IMG/VR virus record: IMGVR_UViG_3300021959_008943
Direction: 5' to 3' (one strand)
Origin: an uncultured virus (IMG/VR IMGVR_UViG_3300021959_008943)
Taxonomy: Duplodnaviria > Heunggongvirae > Uroviricota > Caudoviricetes
Length of the DNA: 64,000 bases
Below, in pieces: positions 1-9,308 of the stretch; within the stretch, counting starts at the first letter, position 1, and each line of letters opens with the position of its first letter. The notes under the pieces were generated by a model that was not told the origin of the DNA, did not search any database, and was given only the letters and a program-made list of their open reading frames with translations. The position numbers and the translations under genes are program-made.

Positions 1-146
1 TAATCAGTAAGTCGGCCTAGTTCTTTTTCAGTCGCCCGAATCATTCTGCGATTCGCTCTATACTGAATAAAAGATCTTAGTGCTTCGATGATAGTTTCAA
101 CTGCCCTCGTTGAGTAGCTGTGGGCTGTTAGTATCGCTTGTGTCAT
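1..146 (-). CDS. DUF1127 (YjiS-like) small protein, truncated at window edge; not in the supplied ORF track
   Basis: ATG at 146 preceded by GAGGA SD (153-157). Translates MTQAILTAHSYSTRAVETIIEALRSFIQYRANRRMIRATEKELGRLTD..., matching the DUF1127 pattern R..R.T..EL..L(S/T)D. Overlaps the hsp20 3' end by 50 nt. Confidence 0.7.
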   Translation of the reverse strand, partial: MTQAILTAHSYSTRAVETIIEALRSFIQYRANRRMIRATEKELGRLTD

Positions 147-567
147 TTTTGTTCCTCGTTTGACCAATATTGATTTTACGAGGACGCATTTCTTCTGGAA
201 TAACATACTGCAATTCAATTGCCAGAATACCATCCTGAATATCTGCTCCGTTTACATTTACATGTTCGGACAGCCTAAAGGTTCGTTTAAATTTCTTTGT
301 CGAAATGCCACGATGGATAAACTCTCTACCTTTAGAGACGTGTTCCCCTGTAACAGTTAAGGTTCTATCTTTAACTTCTACAGATATCTCATCCTTTGTA
401 AACCCAGCAATTGCTAGTTCAATCAAGTATTCTTGATCTCCAGCTTTAATAATATTATGTGGGGGATAGTGGTCTTGAGCATGTTTAGCAGTGAACTCTA
501 GTTCATTGAATAAATGATCGAAACCAACAAAGGATGACCGCGGGAATAGTTGTTGTAAGCCTGTCAT
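97..567 (-). CDS. hsp20: Small heat-shock protein (Hsp20/IbpA-like)
   Basis: Motifs FVGFD, YPPHNI, IELAIAGF, HRGIS..F.R.F.L, DGIL.I.L and PEE.RPRKI.I. Likely start is ATG 567 after AAGGAG. Confidence 0.95.
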   Translation of the reverse strand: MTGLQQLFPRSSFVGFDHLFNELEFTAKHAQDHYPPHNIIKAGDQEYLIELAIAGFTKDEISVEVKDRTLTVTGEHVSKGREFIHRGISTKKFKRTFRLSEHVNVNGADIQDGILAIELQYVIPEEMRPRKINIGQTRNKNDTSDTNSPQLLNEGS

Positions 568-622
568 TGTTATCTCCTTTTGAGCAAGCAAGATTGAATT
601 GGAGCCGGACTATCCGCACTCC
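565..622 (-). promoter_or_regulatory. ROSE-like RNA thermometer in the hsp20 5' UTR
   Basis: Minus strand AUCUUGCUU-GCUCAA-AAGGAGAU (594-572): the UUGCU motif pairs with the SD leaving a bulged G. A GC hairpin GGAGUGCGGAUAGUCCGGCUCC (622-601) lies upstream. Confidence 0.7.
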
Positions 623-627
623 GATAG

Positions 628-635
628 TATTTATA
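628..635 (-). promoter_or_regulatory. T4-type late promoter TATAAATA upstream of hsp20
   Basis: Exact TATAAATA on the minus strand, intergenic after regA. Confidence 0.7.
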
Positions 636-636
636 A

Positions 637-1050
637 TCAGTTTTTATTACCTATGTTATACTTAGGGCATAATTCCCATTGATTTTTATCTTTATATGAA
701 ATTACTTTAATTTGGCGCAAAGGTGCGATTTCAAGTTCTTCCTTTTTTACTAAATCAACTAATCCCCAATCAGATAGTAATGTCACGATAGTATTTCTAC
801 GTGCAATATCATTACTTTCTAAATTTGCTTTCTTACCATCTAACATAAACAATTCTTTGAAATGCACAATAAAGTATCTACCTTGTTTATGCAATATATG
901 GCATGATTGAAATAGTTTTTTTTCTTTACGAGAAGCAACACCAATACGGGTTAATGTTTCACGAACCTTAAGAAAATCATCAGGTTCGTTAATTGTAATT
1001 TCCAGCATTTGGTCCGGAGACCATTCAACAATATCATTTTCTTTTTCCAC
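637..1050 (-). CDS. regA: Translational repressor RegA
   Basis: DDFLKVRETLTRIGVAS, QSCHILHKQGRYFIVHFKELF.LDGK and W.L..KYNIG motifs. Confidence 0.97.
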   Translation of the reverse strand: MEKENDIVEWSPDQMLEITINEPDDFLKVRETLTRIGVASRKEKKLFQSCHILHKQGRYFIVHFKELFMLDGKKANLESNDIARRNTIVTLLSDWGLVDLVKKEELEIAPLRQIKVISYKDKNQWELCPKYNIGNKN

Positions 1051-1414
1051 CTTTACTCACCTTTTCTTTTATAGTTTTTATTTGGCCAGCGGATAGGAGG
1101 GAAAGAACTTGTTTTGCTTTTTGATTACTATAACCATAATATTCTTTAATCGCTCCAATATCATTATCTGACTCAGGTTTATTCCATTTCGAAAATCTTT
1201 TACGTTTTCTAACAGTATTTATAAGAAACGAAAATTGGAGCTTTTTGTCTAAGTGGTGGTATTGATTTACCAGATTTGCAAGAGCTACAGTATCATAGAA
1301 GTAGCTAAGACCACGATTAATCATAAAAGAATTATATGCTTTTTCGCATTCTTCGGTAATCATAATATCTTGTTTTGTATCATTAATAGCTTTTAAATAA
1401 TCAAAGTGGTTCAT
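1034..1414 (-). CDS. gp62: Clamp loader small subunit gp62
   Basis: FMINRGLS, RKRKRFSKW and YYGYS..KA motifs; lies upstream of regA as in T4-like phages. Confidence 0.93.
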   Translation of the reverse strand: MNHFDYLKAINDTKQDIMITEECEKAYNSFMINRGLSYFYDTVALANLVNQYHHLDKKLQFSFLINTVRKRKRFSKWNKPESDNDIGAIKEYYGYSNQKAKQVLSLLSAGQIKTIKEKVSKGGKRK

Positions 1415-1995
1415 AGATAACCTACTACAGTTTGCATTCGCATAACATCCATAACAATATCGTGACGAGGATCATGATGTACAAACTTTTCTTTTAATCC
1501 TTCAGGAATAAATGTATTAGCGATATCAGATCCCCACAATAAGCCATCTAACATTGAACGTGTATCCCGAATAGACCACCAAGGGTATGGTACAGCTTTA
1601 CCAAACGAATGTACAATACTTTCAAAGATAATAGGGTCAAAACCATTGCCACGAGTGTAGACCTTTTTAATGTCCATATTTTTTGTATAGTTCACAAAAA
1701 ACTGCCAAAGGTCTTCAATTGATTTATCTTCAGATGATGGTTTAATTAATTTTTTAGCAGACTCGCCTTGAGAGTTCCACCACTTAACTGTTTCCATATC
1801 AACAACACGCTTGTACTTATTCACTTGTTCTTTTACGTCAAACTTAATATAATCAGTTTGTTCTAGTAATTCTTCGTATGTGTATGGATTAGATTCATAG
1901 CGATTCTCATCAAACTTAAGTGTTGCCATTGAAATTGCTGCACCAGTTGCAGGAACACCACTAAGGGTTTCGAAATCATATATTACGCAATTCAT
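1411..1995 (-). CDS. DEDDh 3'-5' exonuclease (DexA-like)
   Basis: DFETL, T..WW..Q, RGNGFD, W..RD.RS and H....D...D motifs. Confidence 0.8.
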   Translation of the reverse strand: MNCVIYDFETLSGVPATGAAISMATLKFDENRYESNPYTYEELLEQTDYIKFDVKEQVNKYKRVVDMETVKWWNSQGESAKKLIKPSSEDKSIEDLWQFFVNYTKNMDIKKVYTRGNGFDPIIFESIVHSFGKAVPYPWWSIRDTRSMLDGLLWGSDIANTFIPEGLKEKFVHHDPRHDIVMDVMRMQTVVGYL

Positions 1996-2924
1996 TTAAA
2001 ATTCACCTGTGCCATAATTTCTGTCATCATGGCTACCATATTTAATTCATGATCTGCCACAAAAGCATTTTTATATTGATACTCAGCCAATATTAATACA
2101 AGTTGAGGAACTGATTGAGGAGCCACGGATTCATTTATATTATCATACAACTGGCGAATAATAGCCTGTGGCTCAACATCCATATTATTCACAACCCATT
2201 GGCGCATCTTTTTAAAGTTTTTCTCTTTAAGATGAGAAACTAGGCCATTAACATTGCTATTGGCAGACTTACTATTTCCGTCAATGCTATGACCAGAAGC
2301 TCCGGCGCGTTGGCATTCATTTAGTACTCGGCGCCAGTCAGGAGCATGCTTCATAATAATATCAGCTAGACCTTGACTAGTAAACGATACCTCTTCTTTA
2401 TAAAGGATATCAGCTGCGCGATCCATAAACTGGCCGCATAATTCAACCATATCTTTTTTAGACGTATTAAATTCATACACACCACACCGCGAATGAAGCG
2501 GATCAATGATTCGGTTCTTGAAGTTGCAGGTGAGAATAAAGCGGCAGCTATTTGAGAACTCTTCGATGAATCCACGCAAAGCTGGCTGGGTCGATTGTGG
2601 ATTGAGGTAGTCAGCTTCGTCCAAGATACATACTTTACTTCCTCCAGACAAAGAGACTGTTGAAGCAAATTGTTTGATTTTTCCTCTGAGTGTATCAATG
2701 TTACCTTCTTCTGAGCCATTAATGACAATATAATCTGCGCCAATTTCTTTACATAATGCTTTAGCTACAGTAGTCTTACCTAAGCCGGCAGTTCCGGCGA
2801 ACATCATGTTTTGAAGTTCACCGGAATCTACCATTTTCTGAAACGTATCTTTTAACGACTGAGGTAAAATTGTTTCAGAAATAGTTTGTGGTCGATATTT
2901 TTCGACCCATAAAAATTCAGACAT
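1992..2924 (-). CDS. gp44: Clamp loader AAA+ subunit gp44
   Basis: LWVEKYRP, Walker A GTAGLGKTT, Walker B LDEAD and SRC motif. Confidence 0.97.
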   Translation of the reverse strand: MSEFLWVEKYRPQTISETILPQSLKDTFQKMVDSGELQNMMFAGTAGLGKTTVAKALCKEIGADYIVINGSEEGNIDTLRGKIKQFASTVSLSGGSKVCILDEADYLNPQSTQPALRGFIEEFSNSCRFILTCNFKNRIIDPLHSRCGVYEFNTSKKDMVELCGQFMDRAADILYKEEVSFTSQGLADIIMKHAPDWRRVLNECQRAGASGHSIDGNSKSANSNVNGLVSHLKEKNFKKMRQWVVNNMDVEPQAIIRQLYDNINESVAPQSVPQLVLILAEYQYKNAFVADHELNMVAMMTEIMAQVNFK

Positions 2925-2952
2925 TCACGTACTCCATAATATAATAATGTCT

Positions 2953-2982
2953 ATTATAATCTATAAAAGAATAATTGTAAAC
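2953..2982 (-). promoter_or_regulatory. sigma70/T4-early-like promoter upstream of gp44
   Basis: GTTTACA-17nt-TATAAT on the minus strand. Confidence 0.65.
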
Positions 2983-3179
2983 TACTCTTCTTCAGAAGCT
3001 TCCATTTGAGCTTGGTTTTCACACACTTGCATAATTTGAATACACTGATCACGTAATTGGCCAATTGAACTAAGCTCTTCGCCACGGAATCCACCGCGTT
3101 GAACAACTGCGTCAATAACAGCTACAGTACTACGAGATGCTCGGCCGGCAAGTTGATAAATTTGAATTTCGTCAGACAT
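2982..3179 (-). CDS. Small hypothetical protein
   Basis: 65-aa ORF with GGAG SD between gp45 and gp44; contains QRGGFRGEEL. Confidence 0.75.
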   Translation of the reverse strand: MSDEIQIYQLAGRASRSTVAVIDAVVQRGGFRGEELSSIGQLRDQCIQIMQVCENQAQMEASEEE

Positions 3180-3188
3180 ATTTTTCTC

Positions 3189-3863
3189 CTATTTGTATGT
3201 CGATGTTTTTTCTAAAGCAACCCAATATTTTAGATCAGTATTTTCTTCATCTAAAGTAAATTGCGAAATAAGTTTAGATGAGATAGCAACATTATAATTA
3301 CCAGGAATCATCTGTAAATTTTTGATGTTAAGGATAAAATTGTAGTCGCCAGATGATTCACCAGGAACATCAATAGAGTACGTGTTTGATGTGGCATTAT
3401 CAATATTGACTACAGATAAAGTAATTACTCCATCGCCAGGAGTAATAGACAATTGATCGTGGCCAAGAGCTGACGCAGCCTTTTTAATACGACCAAGAGT
3501 TTCTTGATCCAAATAGAATTTAACATCTCCATCTGGCATAGAAATTGGTTTAGTTGGAGACGTAAGAATATCAGTGTCTGACATAAAGTATTTGATTTTA
3601 GAACGACCAGATGTATCACTAACTGTCATAAACTTTTCTTCTAATTTAATATTAGAAGTATCAAATAAATTTAATACAGATAGGAACTCTGATAAATCAT
3701 ATATACCAACAGTACGATTAAACGTCTCTGGAACGGATGCCTGAGCTAATACATTTTTAGCTTCGGACATAGTCATAATAGAATTACCTTCACGGATCAC
3801 CAAGTTAGGATTGATGCCTGAATAGTTTTTCAATAAGTTCATAGTAAAAGTGGATAATTCCAT
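3189..3863 (-). CDS. gp45: Sliding clamp gp45
   Basis: LKNYSGIN, GIYDLSEFLS and Y.VALE motifs; synteny. Confidence 0.95.
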   Translation of the reverse strand: MELSTFTMNLLKNYSGINPNLVIREGNSIMTMSEAKNVLAQASVPETFNRTVGIYDLSEFLSVLNLFDTSNIKLEEKFMTVSDTSGRSKIKYFMSDTDILTSPTKPISMPDGDVKFYLDQETLGRIKKAASALGHDQLSITPGDGVITLSVVNIDNATSNTYSIDVPGESSGDYNFILNIKNLQMIPGNYNVAISSKLISQFTLDEENTDLKYWVALEKTSTYK

Positions 3864-3864
3864 T

Positions 3865-5586
3865 TTAGTTTCCTTTTAATTTACTAAAGTTTTTCTCTTT
3901 ATGGAATTCCAATTTATTTTGGAATTTACCATCGAGAATATCGCCTTTGTGACTAATCACAAACACATTTGTATCATCTCCAAGTGTATCAATAATTTTC
4001 ATTAGATTATCTACACCTTCATAGTCTAGAGATGAATCGAATGTTTCGTCTAGTACCAATAAGTTAGTTGATACTGAGTTCTTCATCTTAGCAATATGGC
4101 GCCAAGTAAAGAGTAATGCCAAGTCAATACGTTGCTTCTCACCTTCAGAAAACGAATCATAAGAGAAGTTATCTCTATGACGGGAACGAATTGTTTCGGA
4201 AAATGCTTCGTCAAGATTAAATGAGACGAAGAAGTCAAGCACCTGTAAGTATTGATTGACTAGGTTATTTATAACAGGTAAATACTGTTTTATAATTTTT
4301 GTTTTAATTCCCGTGTCTTTTAGCATTTCTAAGATAACAGTATTATAAGCCATAGATTCGTTATTCTCTAAACGAAATTCAAATAAATCATCTAATTCTG
4401 CTTTTAATTTATCTAAGTCTGATTGCGATTTAGCTACATCACCATCATTCCCGCGAATCTTTGAAATGGCAACGGTGAGAGTTTTAATCTGTCCTTGCAA
4501 CCGTACGATTTCTCTGTTGTTAGAAGATATAAGTGAGGTTTTTGTTCTGATATCATTTGAGGTATCATTGAGCCGGTCAATATTTGATTCCACAGAAGAC
4601 GACTGCTCATACACATCGTCCAACGCTTTTTGTATCTCGGATGCTTTAGCTTTGGCGGCGGAGAGCTTCTCCGATCGTAAATCCGCGTTAATATCTTGGG
4701 AACATGTGGGGCATGTATCATTTTCCTCGTAGAACTTTGAGTCCTTGACAAGTTGTTTGATTTTTTGATTGAATTCCGCGTTATAATGGAGAAGCGTTTG
4801 CTTTTTATTGTGGTTCGTTTTGAGGCTTTCTTCAAGACCTTCGGCAAGGCTTTCGATTTTATCAGAGGTCTCGGCGTTTTCCAGCTGTAAACTTGATATT
4901 GAGTCTTCTGAGAGAACGATTTCGTTTTCTTTTTCTTCAATTTGATCATTACTTAAATCTTCAACTTCTCGAATATACTTTTTCTGTAAATCAATCTTTT
5001 CTTTAGTTAGCTCATAATTATATTCAATCTGGTTAGCTTTATCTTTCAATAAGCTATTCTTTTCTTTTAAGAGCTGATTCATCTTAGAAAATACGTTAAT
5101 GTCCAGAAGATCCTCAATAACATCCCGCCGATGTTGAGCCGGGAGCTGCATGAAAGGAATGAAGGAGGAGGAGCCCAGCACTACGATCTGATGAAAGCTT
5201 TTATGATTAAGCTTTAAGATGTTTTGCTCGAGGATCTTCTGGTACTCTTTGGAATGAGAGGACTGATTAATCATAATCCCATCTTTCCATATTTCAAATA
5301 TATTTGGCTTGATGCCACGTACTACTTTTAATGATGAGCCTAATACACTAAATTCTACTTCAACAAGACAAGACTTATTGTTAATAGAATTTACAAGTTG
5401 AGGCTTAGAAATATTACGATGTGCCTTGCCAAATAATGCAAATGCTAGTGCATCAAGCATTGTGGACTTCCCTGCGCCATTGTGGCCAACAACCAAAGTG
5501 GTTTTGTAGGTAGTAAAGTCAACTTCAGTAAAAGAATTACCAGTGGATAAAAAGTTTTTCCACCGCAGTTTTTTAAATTTAATCAT
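3865..5586 (-). CDS. gp46: Recombination ATPase gp46 (SbcC/Rad50-like)
   Basis: GHNGAGKST, CPTC zinc hook, FSEGEKQRIDL and LDETFDSSLD. Confidence 0.97.
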   Translation of the reverse strand: MIKFKKLRWKNFLSTGNSFTEVDFTTYKTTLVVGHNGAGKSTMLDALAFALFGKAHRNISKPQLVNSINNKSCLVEVEFSVLGSSLKVVRGIKPNIFEIWKDGIMINQSSHSKEYQKILEQNILKLNHKSFHQIVVLGSSSFIPFMQLPAQHRRDVIEDLLDINVFSKMNQLLKEKNSLLKDKANQIEYNYELTKEKIDLQKKYIREVEDLSNDQIEEKENEIVLSEDSISSLQLENAETSDKIESLAEGLEESLKTNHNKKQTLLHYNAEFNQKIKQLVKDSKFYEENDTCPTCSQDINADLRSEKLSAAKAKASEIQKALDDVYEQSSSVESNIDRLNDTSNDIRTKTSLISSNNREIVRLQGQIKTLTVAISKIRGNDGDVAKSQSDLDKLKAELDDLFEFRLENNESMAYNTVILEMLKDTGIKTKIIKQYLPVINNLVNQYLQVLDFFVSFNLDEAFSETIRSRHRDNFSYDSFSEGEKQRIDLALLFTWRHIAKMKNSVSTNLLVLDETFDSSLDYEGVDNLMKIIDTLGDDTNVFVISHKGDILDGKFQNKLEFHKEKNFSKLKGN

Positions 5587-6644
5587 GCAATCTCAAGAGT
5601 CTGTGCTTCAATCATAAGTTCGTGCATACGTGTTTTAATACGATCTTTATCTAATTCAGTATCAACACCATCTACATAAGTATTTAAAAGCGTAGACGTA
5701 TCCTCCAATGATATGCTGTTATCTTCGACATTAGATCCAATAAACTCGCTGAAGTTCTCAGCAATCTTAAGTTCATGAACCTTTCTTGATAGTATTCTAT
5801 CAACAAATCGATCAAATGTAAACTGGTCTTGTTTATTAATTACAACTATTTTTACAAATTTATTATCAACTACACTTAAATCATAATCCATATACTCGTG
5901 AACACTATCATCATAATAGATACGATGATAAAGAGTATGAGGATTCCCAATCGCATGCAACTCTCTTGTAGTTGTGTCCAAAATGTGGAAATGTTTGCTG
6001 TCGTGCGCGTCATTCCAATAAAACTCCATTTGTGAACCAAGGTAGTGAATATTGCCTTGGCTAGATTTAGTATGAAAGTGGCCTGATAAAACCGTTTCAA
6101 ATCGGTTAAACAAACTTGGATCAAGCCCATGCTCGCATTTAATACCTTTGATCATTTCATAACCAATAATATCAAAATGTCCGCCAACTATATCGGCTTT
6201 ACAGTTATTAATAAAATCAATAGATTCTTTTTCATTCTCAGCACAGATCCAAGGGATAAGCGCCATGCTTAATTCGCCATATTCCATAACGGTTGGCTTA
6301 TGTACGATATGAACCTCATTCATATAATGACCAAGTAATTCTTTTAAACTATTAAGCTCATTTGTATTTTTATAGTAAGTGTCATGATTACCACAGATAA
6401 TATCCATAGTAATGCCATTGTCTCTTAACGGTTTAAGAAAGTGATCGCGGTTACGGTTAAGAGCACGGAAGTTGACAAACTTCCGGTTATCGTAGTAATC
6501 ACCAAGATGCACAATATGCTTAATATTATGTTCCAAAAGATAAGGAAAGAATACATCGCTATAAAATTTCTCTGCATTATCGAGAAATACGTCAGAGCTA
6601 TTGCGAATACCACAGTGAGTGTCATTAAGAATTGCTACCTTCAT
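5583..6644 (-). CDS. gp47: Recombination nuclease gp47 (Mre11-like)
   Basis: DTH, HLGDYYD, GNHD and SGHFH phosphoesterase motifs. Confidence 0.97.
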   Translation of the reverse strand: MKVAILNDTHCGIRNSSDVFLDNAEKFYSDVFFPYLLEHNIKHIVHLGDYYDNRKFVNFRALNRNRDHFLKPLRDNGITMDIICGNHDTYYKNTNELNSLKELLGHYMNEVHIVHKPTVMEYGELSMALIPWICAENEKESIDFINNCKADIVGGHFDIIGYEMIKGIKCEHGLDPSLFNRFETVLSGHFHTKSSQGNIHYLGSQMEFYWNDAHDSKHFHILDTTTRELHAIGNPHTLYHRIYYDDSVHEYMDYDLSVVDNKFVKIVVINKQDQFTFDRFVDRILSRKVHELKIAENFSEFIGSNVEDNSISLEDTSTLLNTYVDGVDTELDKDRIKTRMHELMIEAQTLEIA

Positions 6645-7234
6645 TCCAAAAAGCCGCTTAGATCAGAGTCAACTTTTACAATACGTTTTTTTCTGTTTTT
6701 TTCTTGTTTTACATACGCTTTTAATTCTGTATCTTTTTCTTTTATTTTATCAATACGATCTTTGAGTGTATCAATAAACGAATTAATTACGCTACCAGCG
6801 GCTGCGTCCTGTAGACCATCACCAATTACATATTGCTCGATACCGCTTTCAGACAAGTATTTAAGTTTAATGTCTTGTTGTTTCTTTTCTTTAGCAATCC
6901 GGCGTAAAAAAGCATACCATGAAATTTGAGTGAAATATGCGAATGCGTTTGGATTTCCCGATCTTGTTGCTGCATCTATATTATAGTTTTCAACTGCCTT
7001 AAGACAATTCTCAACTGCATCCATTACCATTTCTTCGCGATATGTATAGCGAATAAAGTTTGACTTGTGAGACAAGCCTTCAGCAATTTTTAAAAAACAT
7101 TGAGCAATGTAATCAGGAACTTTTGGTAAAGGGTCATCAGTTTCTTTACATTCTTTTACGTGTTTACAATACTCAACAATAGCTGTTGAAAATTCTCTGT
7201 TATTTACGTAATGTATGCTTTTCTTTTTTGCCAT
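6641..7234 (-). CDS. gp55: Late-transcription sigma factor gp55
   Basis: HYVNN.EF, NF..YTYREEM..D and NPNAFAYFTQI...AF.RRI..EKKQ. Confidence 0.96.
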   Translation of the reverse strand: MAKKKSIHYVNNREFSTAIVEYCKHVKECKETDDPLPKVPDYIAQCFLKIAEGLSHKSNFIRYTYREEMVMDAVENCLKAVENYNIDAATRSGNPNAFAYFTQISWYAFLRRIAKEKKQQDIKLKYLSESGIEQYVIGDGLQDAAAGSVINSFIDTLKDRIDKIKEKDTELKAYVKQEKNRKKRIVKVDSDLSGFLE

Positions 7235-7258
7235 AATATATTCCTTAAAGTCTATTCA

Positions 7259-7288
7259 ATTATAGACGGATATGCTGAAAATGTACAC
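7259..7288 (-). promoter_or_regulatory. sigma70-like promoter upstream of gp55
   Basis: GTGTACA-17nt-TATAAT on the minus strand. Confidence 0.55.
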
Positions 7289-7339
7289 AACTTTTTTTAA
7301 AAAATTAAAACTTTTTTTTAACAGCTGCTCATTTTATGG

Positions 7340-7368
7340 GTTTACAATCTTGAAAATTAGTGTATAAT
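7340..7368 (+). promoter_or_regulatory. Divergent sigma70-like promoter with no downstream sense gene
   Basis: GTTTACA-16nt-TATAAT on the plus strand; same -35 heptamer as the promoters at 2976-2982 and 32495-32501. Confidence 0.5.
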
Positions 7369-7401
7369 AAATCTACAGGATTTTTGGTGTGGGTGGATAT
7401 A

Positions 7402-7836
7402 CTAATGTATTTTACGATTACTTGGGAAAGTAATCACATTTGGATCTGACGAATCATCTGAATCCATACTATCTAGAAAATCTTTTAATTGCTTAAATCT
7501 ATCGTCTAAATCTAACTTTTCGTCTAACTCTTCGTCTGGGATTTCATTGTTTTTAATTGCAATTTTATATTGCTTTACCATTTCTGAAGAAGGTAAACCT
7601 GACATAAGTATTTGATCAGAGTTTAGACTTAGAACATGGTGAGGTCCCACTTGAAAAGACATATATGGTCTAATAGCGTAATATCTTGCGTTTAATTGTT
7701 CATTTTCCCATTTACGAACTTCAAAGCAATGTCGAACAATAAGCTCAGCATTTTCTGCGTCATCCCATTCTATAACTTCACATAACAACTCGTCACCTGA
7801 AGATAGTTTAAATTGTCTTATACTATCTAGTTTCAT
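7402..7836 (-). CDS. Hypothetical protein downstream of uvsW (possible Sm-like fold)
   Basis: N-terminal KLSSGDELLCEV pattern is typical of small Sm-like T4-type ORFs; ATGA overlap with uvsW. Confidence 0.65.
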   Translation of the reverse strand: MKLDSIRQFKLSSGDELLCEVIEWDDAENAELIVRHCFEVRKWENEQLNARYYAIRPYMSFQVGPHHVLSLNSDQILMSGLPSSEMVKQYKIAIKNNEIPDEELDEKLDLDDRFKQLKDFLDSMDSDDSSDPNVITFPSNRKIH

Positions 7837-9308
7837 ATATTAACCTTAATGATTTTATATTTAAATTGTTCTTTTTCATAAATTTTTACGCGTTCTGCTG
7901 AATGTAATAGTGTATAGTTTTGTTGCGATTTCCAATGTAAGTCGTCTGCTACATCATAAAGTGTCGTGATCCTACCATCGTCAGATTTTCTAAGTCCTCG
8001 TCCAATTGACTGTAAAACTTTGATTTGCGATTTTGATGGCGAAGCAAAAACAATATTATGAAGATTACGAATATTAATACCAGTACTAAAAGTTCCTAAA
8101 GAGGCGACGATAATTGCATTTTTCTGACCTTCTACAATTTTTCGTATAGCTTCACGATCTCCAGTTGCAACTTCGCCACTCACAAAAAATACTTTTCTAT
8201 TTTCATTTACTTTACTATTTATCAACTCAAATAATGGCTTTCCATGAGCCTCCACACGATTAAATAAGATGAGAGTATTTCCTTCAGCATCAATAGCCAA
8301 ATTAGAAATAAGACGATTTCTAGCTTCATGTCCAATAATAAAGTCAATTTCTTCTTGATACGTTTTCTTTCCAAAATTTTTCCTTACCTCCTCTGAATAA
8401 TTTAATAAAAGGACTTTAATATCCAATGGCGCTAAAGTATTATTGTCTTGCAACTTTTTGGTCGTTGTAACCTTATAGACTGGACCAAACAATCCTTCTA
8501 GAACCAGTCTGTGTGTTTGAGTGCCATCTAAAGTACCGGTTAGACCAAAACGATATTTAGCTTCTGTTGACTTATTCATAATTGAGGATAGCGATTTTGA
8601 TTTAAAGCCATGACATTCATCGCCAATTACCATACCAAATTGACTAAACCACTTTTTCTGTAATTTATATATTGATTGCCAAGTACTAATAATAATACGT
8701 TTATTTGTTGTTTTATCTTTGCCAGAATATATTCTATGCATGTCTTCTGGCTTGTAGCCATAATCTATAAAGTCTTGATGCATCTGCTCTACAAGGGAAG
8801 TTGTAGGTACAATAACTAGTATTTTATTGTTATTAGACAAATGCATTAACCAGTATCTCATAATGAGATAAATAATAAATGATTTTCCAGATCCAGTAGG
8901 AGATAATAAAATTGCTCGAGTTCTTTTTAGGGCTTTTTCAATCGCATCGTATTGATAGTCTCGAGGTTGAAATGGAAGCGCTTCGTCAGCTAGTAAATCA
9001 GACATATATTGAAGAGGTTGTTCCGCAGGAAAAGGAAATCCATATTGATGAGACTCTTCTGTGTCTACAGAATACGACCGCTCTGCTGCAAACTTTAACA
9101 AATAAACATATAGCCCAGCGCCAAGCTCACCAGTCATGCTATTAAATAGACGTATTTTACCGTCCCAAACCTTATTTTTGTAAGCAGGCATAAACTTATA
9201 ACCAGGAACATAGAATGAAAAATATTCTGATAGCTCTTGGGCAACTCCACGGCTACAATCTATATTCATCATACTGTAATTGTCAAGTTTTACGGATATT
9301 TGTTCCAT
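7833..9308 (-). CDS. uvsW: UvsW SF2 helicase
   Basis: WDGKIRLF, RDYQ, SPTGSGKS, DECH and QSIGRGLR. Confidence 0.96.
   Translation of the reverse strand: MEQISVKLDNYSMMNIDCSRGVAQELSEYFSFYVPGYKFMPAYKNKVWDGKIRLFNSMTGELGAGLYVYLLKFAAERSYSVDTEESHQYGFPFPAEQPLQYMSDLLADEALPFQPRDYQYDAIEKALKRTRAILLSPTGSGKSFIIYLIMRYWLMHLSNNNKILVIVPTTSLVEQMHQDFIDYGYKPEDMHRIYSGKDKTTNKRIIISTWQSIYKLQKKWFSQFGMVIGDECHGFKSKSLSSIMNKSTEAKYRFGLTGTLDGTQTHRLVLEGLFGPVYKVTTTKKLQDNNTLAPLDIKVLLLNYSEEVRKNFGKKTYQEEIDFIIGHEARNRLISNLAIDAEGNTLILFNRVEAHGKPLFELINSKVNENRKVFFVSGEVATGDREAIRKIVEGQKNAIIVASLGTFSTGINIRNLHNIVFASPSKSQIKVLQSIGRGLRKSDDGRITTLYDVADDLHWKSQQNYTLLHSAERVKIYEKEQFKYKIIKVNI

Noticed and set aside
4434..4949. 171-aa alternative-frame ORF inside gp46
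   Set aside because: Fully nested in the gp46 coiled-coil region with no domain motif; likely incidental.
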